From NCBI GenBank assembly GCA_031263345.1, contig JAISFY010000040.1, positions 1 to 32,787 on the forward strand: a stretch of 32,787 bases of DNA, read 5' to 3'. The position numbers and the translations under genes are program-made. Position 1 is the stretch's first letter, and every line of letters begins with the position of its first letter. This document shows, piece by piece, positions 1-7,293 of the stretch. The notes under the pieces are model-generated. The model made no database searches, was not told where the DNA came from, and saw nothing but the letters and a program-made list of their open reading frames with translations. The DNA comes from Holosporales bacterium. Lineage in GTDB: Bacteria > Pseudomonadota > Alphaproteobacteria > RUG11792.

Positions 1-677
1 CCGCCCCACTGCTGGCCCATTCCCTGCTGTTGTGCATTGTAGTATTGTGCCTGCTGTTGTTGGTATGGGTGAATTTCCATCCCCGGCTGCTGCTGTCCCC
101 GATTTGGTTGCCCGCCCCACTGCTGCGCCCCTATCTGCGGATAGTACTGTCTCTTCTCCCACCCGTTAGATAGTTGCTCTGGTGATCCTAATCTCACGGC
201 CGGTTGATTCCCCTGCGACGCATTGCCAGGATAGCCGTTTGGATATGCAGAGTTACCATGTTGAGGATAATTCTGATTTTGGGGATAATTCTGATTTGGG
301 AATCCAGAATTTGGATTTACTGGATAGCTCGAACCATATGCCCCTCCTCCTGGGTTACTAGTCTGAGGATTTCCTGGATATTGCCCTGAAGGATATTGGA
401 ACTGTCCCAGTTCCTGAGCTGCTCGGTGTTTGTTTTTTTCATTTTCAACCTTATTACGTAGAGTCTCATTATTTACATTGAAATACTCCCCCATAAGACT
501 CCTGTACTCTCCTATTAAATTCCTGGCAGCCTTACTTGCATCTCCAACCCCGTTAGAAAAACTATTGATCGCTGTTCCTTGAGATTTCACAGTATATAAT
601 ACAAGTACCATGATTACGCTTGATGCTATTGACAAGATACGAAGACGATTTCTTAATGAACATATATCCAAATTCAT
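1..677 (-). CDS. Signal-peptide/signal-anchor protein with a Q/N/Y/P/G-rich low-complexity (prion-like) region; the 3' end runs off the left edge of the window
   Basis: It is absent from the track because its stop lies outside the window. The minus-strand frame opens at ATG 677..675, preceded by AGGAGGG (688..682, 5-nt spacer from the GGAGG core), and stays open to position 1 (225 codons, checked by hand). Translation begins MNLDICSLRNRLRILSIASSVIMVLVLYTVKSQG (basic n-region plus hydrophobic segment), followed by about 60 ordinary residues. It then reads QFQYPSGQYPGNPQTSNPGGGAYGSSYPVNPNSGFPNQNYPQNQNYPQHGNSAYPNGYPGNASQGNQ...GAQQWGGQPNRGQQQPGMEIHPYQQQQAQYYNAQQQGMGQQWGG. Confidence 0.6.
   Translation of the reverse strand, partial: MNLDICSLRNRLRILSIASSVIMVLVLYTVKSQGTAINSFSNGVGDASKAARNLIGEYRSLMGEYFNVNNETLRNKVENEKNKHRAAQELGQFQYPSGQYPGNPQTSNPGGGAYGSSYPVNPNSGFPNQNYPQNQNYPQHGNSAYPNGYPGNASQGNQPAVRLGSPEQLSNGWEKRQYYPQIGAQQWGGQPNRGQQQPGMEIHPYQQQQAQYYNAQQQGMGQQWG
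265..300 (-). repeat. Exact in-frame 18-nt tandem duplication (2 copies) inside the low-complexity CDS, encoding NQNYPQ-NQNYPQ
   Basis: On the plus strand, ggataattctgatttt-gg is followed by ggataattctgattt-ggg (period 18, 265->283). A second longer-range repeat, ccgccccactgctg, occurs at 1..14 and 112..125 and encodes QQWGG twice. Confidence 0.8.
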
Positions 678-729
678 CCTGCCCTCCTGACCGAAGCACT
701 TAACTTCGACTGATCCTACTCCGATTATA
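678..729 (-). promoter_or_regulatory. Candidate promoter -10, 5'-UTR hairpin and SD for the 1..677 gene
   Basis: On the minus strand there is a perfect TATAAT at 729..724. A small hairpin CGAAG-N7-CUUCG (plus coordinates 692..708) follows. The AGGAGGG SD lies at 688..682. No convincing -35 was found (TAAACT at 17-nt spacing, 3/6 match). Confidence 0.3.
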
Positions 730-789
730 AGGGCAAGATATTTAACAGTTTATTAATCAGTTTGTTAATTACTGTTCTTTTACTATTTT

Positions 790-963
790 TTACTTTTCCT
801 TTATCATTCTTTTCTCATGAAAACACTTACGTTCCTGGTATTCACTTTTTTTCCCTTTATTAAACGCAGCCGTAGGGCGATAATACCCCATGACTCGTGT
901 CCAAACCTCACATACAGTCCTATCTTCGTTTTTAATTTCTATAACACTATCTTGTTTATCCAT
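790..963 (-). CDS. Small ORF (57 aa) encoding the NrdD C-terminal glycyl-radical motif, separate from and out of frame with the NrdD body
   Basis: It falls below the 60-aa track cutoff. Hand translation gives MDKQDSVIEIKNEDRTVCEVWTRVMGYYRPTAAFNKGKKSEYQERKCFHEKRMIKEK, ending at TAA 792..790. TRVMGYYRP...FNKGKKSEYQER matches the class III RNR C-terminus (E. coli NrdD RRVCGYLGSPDARPFNAGKQEEVKRR). The ATG 963..961 overlaps the NrdD stop (ATGGATAA) and is preceded by AAGGAGGT (976..969) with a 5-nt spacer. Confidence 0.7.
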   Translation of the reverse strand: MDKQDSVIEIKNEDRTVCEVWTRVMGYYRPTAAFNKGKKSEYQERKCFHEKRMIKEK

Positions 964-2995
964 TAGCTACCTCCTTTTCTCCGAGCACTCTAGATGCTAG
1001 TACCATCTGCCGCTTAATTTCTTCATCGCATTTCGGGCAGTACCGATGCTCTCCCTGTAGATACCCATGCTTCGGACAAACCGAAAATGTCGGTGTTATA
1101 GTTATATATGGTATCTTATACTTTGTCAAGACTCGCCGGACGAGTTCCTTACAAACTGAGTAGTCTGATATGCGTTCCCCGAGATAGATGTGAACCACAG
1201 TCCCTCCCGTGTATTTTCTCTGTAATTCTTCCTGGTGATCGAGTGACTCAAAAAGATCATCTGTATAACCGGCTGGTAATTGAGATGAATTCGTATAATA
1301 CGGGGATTCCTTCGAGCCAGCCTGGATAATATCCGGATACCTCTTTGCATCCTCTTTCGCAAATCGATACATACATCCCTCCGCAGGAGTCGCCTCTAGG
1401 TTGTACAAATGCCCGGTTTCAACTTGAAATTCTATGAGACAACCTCGAATATGGTCTAACACTCTCATCGCAAATTCCTTTCCTTCTGGAGCTGCAATAT
1501 CGATTACATCATCCGTAAAATTTCGAATCATCTCATTTAGCCCATTAACACCAATTGTCGAGAAATGATTCTTGAAAGTTCCGAGGTACCGCTTTGTAAA
1601 TGGATATAATCCATATTCCATCAGTCTAGCAACCACCTTCCTCTTAGTTTCCAAGCTATTTTTCGCCAACTTTAAAAGCTCATCTAAATGAATAATTAAC
1701 CCGGTTTCGTCTTTTTTATGAAGATAACCAAGACGTGCGCAATTTATCGTTACGACCCCGATCGAACCGGTCTGTTCCGCCGACCCGAACAAACTATTTC
1801 CTCGCTTTAGTAGTTCTCGTAAATCGAGCTGTAATCTACAACACATCGATCTAATCATATTTGGGCTTAGATCAGAATTTATAAAATTCTGGAAATATGG
1901 AATGCCATACTTTGCCGTCATCTCGAATAAAATGTTTACATTCTCTCCGTTCCAATCGAAATTCTTAGAAATGTTATAAGTAGGAATAGGGAACGTAAAA
2001 ACTCTTCCATTATTGTCCCCTCGGGTCATGACCTCAATATAAGCCCTGTTAATCATATTCATTTCTTCCTGGAGAACGCCGTAAGTAAATTCCATTTCCC
2101 TGCCGCCAATTATGGGATGCTCATCCGTAAGGTCCTCCGGGCAAACCCAATCGAATGTAAGATTAGTGAATGGCGTTTGAGTTCCCCATCTCGTCGGAAC
2201 ATTCAAATTGTAGATGAAAGACTGCATCTCCTGATAAACTTGCTCATACGTCAGGTTATCAATTCTAATAAAAGGAGCCATATAAGTATCAAACGAGCTA
2301 AACGCCTGCGCACCGGCCCACTCATTTTGCAGGGTCCCTAAGAAATTCACGACCTGGGATAAAGCCGTCGATAAATGTTTCGCCGGTGATGCCTCAGCCT
2401 TTCCACTAACACCATTAAATCCTTCCTGAATGAGCATTTTCAAAGACCATCCGGCACAATATCCAGATAACATGTCCAAATCGTGAATATGTACAAAACC
2501 ATTGATGTGTGCCTCAGATACTTTTGATGTATAAATTCTATTTAGCCAATAGTTTGCGATGACCTTCCCAGATAGATTTAGAATGAGTCCTCCCAGAGAA
2601 TATCCTAGGTTCGCATTTGCTTTTACCCTCCAATCGAGCTGATCAATGTAATCATCTACGCTCGCAATGGCATTGACGAACGACTGATGCTCTGCCCTCA
2701 ATTTGGCGTGTTGCTCACGATAAAGAATATAAGCCTTCGCCGTTTCTACGTATCCGTTTTCGATGAGAATCCTCTCAGCTATATCCTGAATATCCTCAAT
2801 ACTCGGGGATGACTTAAGATACCTTTTCGCTAGAACAGATGTTACTTTAAAGGCGAGCATTCTGGCCTCGCTGATACCAAATTCGTCGGTCACACTCCCC
2901 GCACCAGCAATCGCCTTCGTTATCTTTTCGGTATCAAACGGAGCAAACGTTCCGTCTCTCTTAATTACAAAATTTAGAATTGTATCATTCGACAT
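956..2995 (-). CDS. nrdD: Anaerobic ribonucleoside-triphosphate reductase (class III RNR) large body: ATP-cone, catalytic core and zinc ribbon, lacking an intact glycyl-radical tail
   Basis: The 679-aa ORF has an N-terminal ATP-cone (FVIKRDGTFAPFDTEKITKAI...). It carries typical NrdD blocks (HIHDLD, NEWAGAQAFSSFDTY, SMCCRLQLDLREL, YNLEATPAEG). The C-terminal zinc site is CPKH-x10-CPKC. The ATG at 2995 overlaps the lysyl-tRNA synthetase stop by 11 nt. Confidence 0.93.
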   Translation of the reverse strand: MSNDTILNFVIKRDGTFAPFDTEKITKAIAGAGSVTDEFGISEARMLAFKVTSVLAKRYLKSSPSIEDIQDIAERILIENGYVETAKAYILYREQHAKLRAEHQSFVNAIASVDDYIDQLDWRVKANANLGYSLGGLILNLSGKVIANYWLNRIYTSKVSEAHINGFVHIHDLDMLSGYCAGWSLKMLIQEGFNGVSGKAEASPAKHLSTALSQVVNFLGTLQNEWAGAQAFSSFDTYMAPFIRIDNLTYEQVYQEMQSFIYNLNVPTRWGTQTPFTNLTFDWVCPEDLTDEHPIIGGREMEFTYGVLQEEMNMINRAYIEVMTRGDNNGRVFTFPIPTYNISKNFDWNGENVNILFEMTAKYGIPYFQNFINSDLSPNMIRSMCCRLQLDLRELLKRGNSLFGSAEQTGSIGVVTINCARLGYLHKKDETGLIIHLDELLKLAKNSLETKRKVVARLMEYGLYPFTKRYLGTFKNHFSTIGVNGLNEMIRNFTDDVIDIAAPEGKEFAMRVLDHIRGCLIEFQVETGHLYNLEATPAEGCMYRFAKEDAKRYPDIIQAGSKESPYYTNSSQLPAGYTDDLFESLDHQEELQRKYTGGTVVHIYLGERISDYSVCKELVRRVLTKYKIPYITITPTFSVCPKHGYLQGEHRYCPKCDEEIKRQMVLASRVLGEKEVANG

Positions 2996-4568
2996 TCGCC
3001 AACTCCTTGTTTTTTATTAAATTTATGGTGTTGTTAACTCCGTAAAGATGAATAAAAGATCCCAGTTTGGGACCACTTTCAAACCCAAACAGAAAACCGT
3101 ATAACGTCTTAAACCAGCCCCTCATATCATCTTTGAAAAATCTTTTACCGATCTCGAAAACTTTCGTCTGAAAATCATCAGCATCCGCACGACAATCCAT
3201 CCTTTCGAGCTCATTTCGCAATTCGGTAATTGCCCTTCTTTGCAAATCATCTGGGACTATGAATTTCCTAGTATTCATAACAAAATCTTTATAATACGTA
3301 ATCGCAAATTTAACCATCTTTCTAAGGAACCCCATCGTTTCATCAGATTCACTGCTCTCATCAACGTATTTTCTTACGAATTCCATTAAAACATTTTCAT
3401 CTGCCGTGTTACATGCTTGTACCAAATTTAAAAGCATCGAAAATTTTAAACAATTTGAAAAACGAGGCGGATTTCCATTATGTATGTGAAATACGGGGCT
3501 ATCCAAAATCTTATTATCATTCCCGGAAGCATAATAAGACCTGACGGAATCTATATAATCATCCATCGCGCTCGGGATGACGTCAAAATACAGGCGTTTT
3601 GCACGTTTTGGAGATTGGTACATATAGTATGCCAGACTTTCGGGTGAAGCATACTTCAACCACTCATCCATCGAAAGGCCATTCCCTTTAGATTTAGAAA
3701 TCTTCTTTCCACCTTCGTCGAGGAAGAGTTCGTACGTCAAGTTTTCTGGTGGCCTCCCTCCAATAATTTTGCAAATCTTCGATGATAGTTTGAATGAATC
3801 GATAAGATCTTTTCCATTCATCTCATAATCCACTCCGAGGGCAGCCCAACGCATCCCCCAATCGGCTTTCCACTGCAACTTACAGTAGCCATCGAGAATT
3901 GAAATTTCTTCGAGATTTCCGGTCTCTGGATCCTCGTACACTATCGTACACCTATTCGGATGCATCTCAATGATTGGAACCTGTAAAACCTTCCCAGTTT
4001 TCGGACAAATTGGAAGAAATGGGCTATATGTTTTTTGACGCTCCTCTCGTAATGAAGGCAACATAATATTCATAATTTCTTCGTAATGTATTAATATTTT
4101 TGAGAGATACTCGTTAAAAACTCCAGATTTATACATTTCTGTTGAACTTTTAAATTCATACTCGAATTCAAACGAATCGAGAAATCTTCGCAACATTGCA
4201 TTATTGTGGTGGGCAAAGCTCTCATATTGACCAAATGGATCCGGAACGGAAGTTAGCGGTTTTTCCAGATGAGCTTCGAGTTGCTCACTATTCGGCACAT
4301 TTGCTGGGACCTTTCGCAACCCATCCATATCATCCGAAAAAACGAATAATTTTGCCGGATTATTGGACAATCTCCTAAATGCCCGCATGACCAATGTTGT
4401 TCTTAGAACTTCACCAAATGTACCGATATGAGGCAATCCAGACGGCCCATACCCAGTCTCTAAGACTACGCAATCCTTACCAGCTAAAGTCTTAAGTCGT
4501 TCGATAATTTTCCTAGCCTCTTCAAATGGCCAAGACTTTGCATTACTAAAATGATTATCAGAAAACAT
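2985..4568 (-). CDS. lysS: Lysyl-tRNA synthetase, class I
   Basis: The 527-aa ORF has the class I LysRS layout, with a HIGH-type motif (LPHIGTFGE) and a KMSKS-type motif (KISKSKG). This length and architecture are typical of alphaproteobacterial, spirochaetal and archaeal class I LysRS. Confidence 0.92.
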   Translation of the reverse strand: MFSDNHFSNAKSWPFEEARKIIERLKTLAGKDCVVLETGYGPSGLPHIGTFGEVLRTTLVMRAFRRLSNNPAKLFVFSDDMDGLRKVPANVPNSEQLEAHLEKPLTSVPDPFGQYESFAHHNNAMLRRFLDSFEFEYEFKSSTEMYKSGVFNEYLSKILIHYEEIMNIMLPSLREERQKTYSPFLPICPKTGKVLQVPIIEMHPNRCTIVYEDPETGNLEEISILDGYCKLQWKADWGMRWAALGVDYEMNGKDLIDSFKLSSKICKIIGGRPPENLTYELFLDEGGKKISKSKGNGLSMDEWLKYASPESLAYYMYQSPKRAKRLYFDVIPSAMDDYIDSVRSYYASGNDNKILDSPVFHIHNGNPPRFSNCLKFSMLLNLVQACNTADENVLMEFVRKYVDESSESDETMGFLRKMVKFAITYYKDFVMNTRKFIVPDDLQRRAITELRNELERMDCRADADDFQTKVFEIGKRFFKDDMRGWFKTLYGFLFGFESGPKLGSFIHLYGVNNTINLIKNKELANVE

Positions 4569-4752
4569 ACGGTATTCCCAGCTATTCGATAGATAAAAAC
4601 TTATAAAAACGATAACTCATGATAGCACTTCTCCTGCCCAATTAAAACGTCTGTGTTGTTAGGCTTCGTTATGGAAAATTTCAACGAAACCAGACCATTG
4701 TGCAAGCAAAGTACATAAACGGTAAATACTTGAAAAATTTTCCTCACGAGAC

Positions 4753-7293
4753 CTAGTATCTTTTATTCCATCCAAGCCCACATCCCAGTGAATTTTTTCC
4801 AGATAAATCTAATGCTAGCTTAGCTTTTTTAGTAAGTTGCTTTTCTACCACCACTTTAGTCGTATCTTTTCCAACTCCCTGATCAATTGATATTTTCATT
4901 GTTCCTATGCTCTTCCCAACACTCACCGATGACCTCTCACCCGATACCGCATCTGTACTCTTTTTGATTTCTAACGCATCTATGCCGAATACTGATTGAA
5001 GTTTATCGACAATATCAAATCCTCCATTGTTGGATAATTTTCCCATCATTGAAAATAAAATGAGAGCTTCTCCAGTCGAAATTTCGGAAGATCTTTTATT
5101 GAACAGTAGATACGAAAGAATATCAACATTCGATACATACGGTTTTGAAAAAAACGTAACCCTCGCTCCATCTGCATTTTGAATAAACTTGGCCCCAACC
5201 TTAATATTATCCAGACTTTTTACGGCAGAAACTTGGACATTAATCACATCAGGCTGAGAACTATCAGTCCAAATTTTCCCATCTTTTAAATTAAATTTTT
5301 GCCCGGAAACTTTTACGAATCCTTTTGTCATCGTAATCTCTGCTTGATACTTAGGCTCCGAGGTATCACCAAAAACTGAAGCTCCCCCATCCCAACGGCT
5401 ATTTATCCCGAATTCGGATACCATCTCTAATCCGTTTTTGAAAGTAAACTTGATGTCTATAGGCCACTGTATTAAAACATTTTTCTTCTGATTTTTCGTG
5501 CCAGATTGTTTCTTCGGTTCGATGATTTCCATCGATCTGGAAGATTTTGTTATTAATCTCGAAACGTCCACTTTGGTATCTTTTGAGTATAAATCACCGG
5601 ATATCTGGAGACTCCGTAATATATCGCCTTTCGCTGTAATTTTCCCATTTAACTTTCCGTAGAGCTCATTGAGTTCGACAATATTAAAATCATGGAAATC
5701 GACAGAAACATCTGTGTCTAATTTATCTTTGCTGAAGACGATCTTTCCGCCACCCGTTATCGTTCCACGAGGTGTTCCATCATCCGTTGCGTATATCTTA
5801 TTAATTATAATACAATTGTTCCTAATGGTAGCCAATATCGTACCGCCCTTAATGAAAGTACTGCATTTCGGATTCATATATGCCAAATTCTTTAGTACCA
5901 GACTCCCGGAAAAAACTGGCTGCGATATAATTCCAGCAACATCAATATCATACTTCAGATGACCATCGGCAAACTGTCGATTACCTACTCCATAATTTTG
6001 CATCATAAACTCTCCACGAGCTTTTGCCTTAATAATGCTTTTCGAAGACGGGATCCAGTTTTCTATCACTAGCTTACAGTCGATAGTGCTCCATTTTTTC
6101 AGAAGATTGTATCGCAATGTAGCAGCAATACCATTTTCCCGCCAAGTAGCACGTATATCAAGAACTGGCATTTTTATTTCTCCGAGATCCCAATCATGTA
6201 ATTTGGCCGTAAAATATCCAGTGCCATTTGCGTAAGTTCCTTTCCCATCTATCACCCCTGCACCCATTCCCTGCCACCTCAGAATCTCCGATAAAAGAAC
6301 ATTTTTAATTTCTATCTGTCCAATCGAAATCGTTTCTGAAAATAGATCTACATCTTTTATATCGATACTACCATCCTTTATTAGTATTTGTATTTTCGGA
6401 ATAATATCACCGATTCGCAGTATAAATGGTTTAAACGCAATTTTATCATTAAAAAGCATCTCATTGATCCAAAGTAATTTATTCGATATATCAAAATCCA
6501 AATCGACAAAGAGACCGATATTTTTCGCATATGTCTTGGCCTTTATTTGCCCGTTCGTCATAGATAATTGACATGATAATTTCTGATTATATTCTGGTAG
6601 ATCTATAATACCGTTTACGAAGTTACCAGAATAGACTCCATCAAATGAAAATACTCCGTGGAGCTTGAATCGGCAACTTAAGCTTAAATGCTGATCGTGT
6701 AACCCATACATTACATCTATCCAGAAATCTGAGCTAGCCAGATTGAGAATAATATTCGAATTCTGAACTTTGATATGTGTTTCATAGGTTTTTTCGTTAA
6801 TCACGCAATTAAAAACCCGAATACCTAAGGCGTTATCCAGTAAAAAAGAAATATCTCGAATCTTTAAGCCATTAAACTCCAATTCATCGATCGTAGCCCT
6901 TTTCACGACTTTCTGACAAGCTATCTGGAAAATTTTTTGAACATCGGAAAAGTCGGGCCCCTGAACGTTATTAGAAATTACAGTCATTTTGCCAATTTTG
7001 ATATTACGAACATGGGTCATTTTTTTGCTGAGAAGAACGGTAATATTTGATATATCAATATCAGGTATCGAACGGCTCTCTACGAACTTAATTTGAAGTC
7101 GATCAATTGAGAAAGAAAACGGGAAAAATCCAGTCGAATTGACTATAACAACTTCGATTCCTTTACCAACTATCATATTGACTAATACATTCTGAATTTT
7201 AGCATTTTGTAACAATAAGACGATTAAAGTAAAGATAATGGCTATCCAAAAAGCAACTTTTAATGCTCTCCTAATCAGGAACCGAATAACCAC
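4753..7293 (-). CDS. tamB: Translocation and assembly module protein TamB (DUF490 family), short form
   Basis: The N-terminal signal anchor is (V)VIRFLIRRALKVAFWIAIIFTLIVLLL. The body is long and beta-rich. The TamB/DUF490-type C-terminus is ...LALDLSGKNSLGCGLGWNKRY. The track ORF starts at ATG 7341 and would overlap pepF by 71 nt. GTG 7293 is preceded by GGAGG (7304..7300, 6-nt spacer) and is my preferred start. Confidence 0.8.
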   Translation of the reverse strand: MVIRFLIRRALKVAFWIAIIFTLIVLLLQNAKIQNVLVNMIVGKGIEVVIVNSTGFFPFSFSIDRLQIKFVESRSIPDIDISNITVLLSKKMTHVRNIKIGKMTVISNNVQGPDFSDVQKIFQIACQKVVKRATIDELEFNGLKIRDISFLLDNALGIRVFNCVINEKTYETHIKVQNSNIILNLASSDFWIDVMYGLHDQHLSLSCRFKLHGVFSFDGVYSGNFVNGIIDLPEYNQKLSCQLSMTNGQIKAKTYAKNIGLFVDLDFDISNKLLWINEMLFNDKIAFKPFILRIGDIIPKIQILIKDGSIDIKDVDLFSETISIGQIEIKNVLLSEILRWQGMGAGVIDGKGTYANGTGYFTAKLHDWDLGEIKMPVLDIRATWRENGIAATLRYNLLKKWSTIDCKLVIENWIPSSKSIIKAKARGEFMMQNYGVGNRQFADGHLKYDIDVAGIISQPVFSGSLVLKNLAYMNPKCSTFIKGGTILATIRNNCIIINKIYATDDGTPRGTITGGGKIVFSKDKLDTDVSVDFHDFNIVELNELYGKLNGKITAKGDILRSLQISGDLYSKDTKVDVSRLITKSSRSMEIIEPKKQSGTKNQKKNVLIQWPIDIKFTFKNGLEMVSEFGINSRWDGGASVFGDTSEPKYQAEITMTKGFVKVSGQKFNLKDGKIWTDSSQPDVINVQVSAVKSLDNIKVGAKFIQNADGARVTFFSKPYVSNVDILSYLLFNKRSSEISTGEALILFSMMGKLSNNGGFDIVDKLQSVFGIDALEIKKSTDAVSGERSSVSVGKSIGTMKISIDQGVGKDTTKVVVEKQLTKKAKLALDLSGKNSLGCGLGWNKRY

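Noticed and set aside
204-389. 61-aa plus-strand ORF (MIPLRRIARIAVWI...) from the track
   Set aside because: It lies antisense to the much longer, SD-preceded minus-strand low-complexity gene (1..677). It starts at a TTG, and its odd I/W/R-rich composition is the mirror image of the Q/N/P/Y codons.
744-776. Inverted repeat AACAGT...ACTGTT downstream of the small nrdD ORF, as a terminator
   Set aside because: The stem is only 6 bp and AU-rich with a 21-nt loop. On the relevant (minus) strand it is not followed by a U tract.
828-965. 46-codon plus-strand ORF (MKTLTFLVFTFFPFIKRS...) that looks like a small hydrophobic peptide
   Set aside because: It is exactly antisense to the 790..963 ORF, which has a clear NrdD glycyl-radical motif and a perfect SD. 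The plus-strand ORF has no SD.
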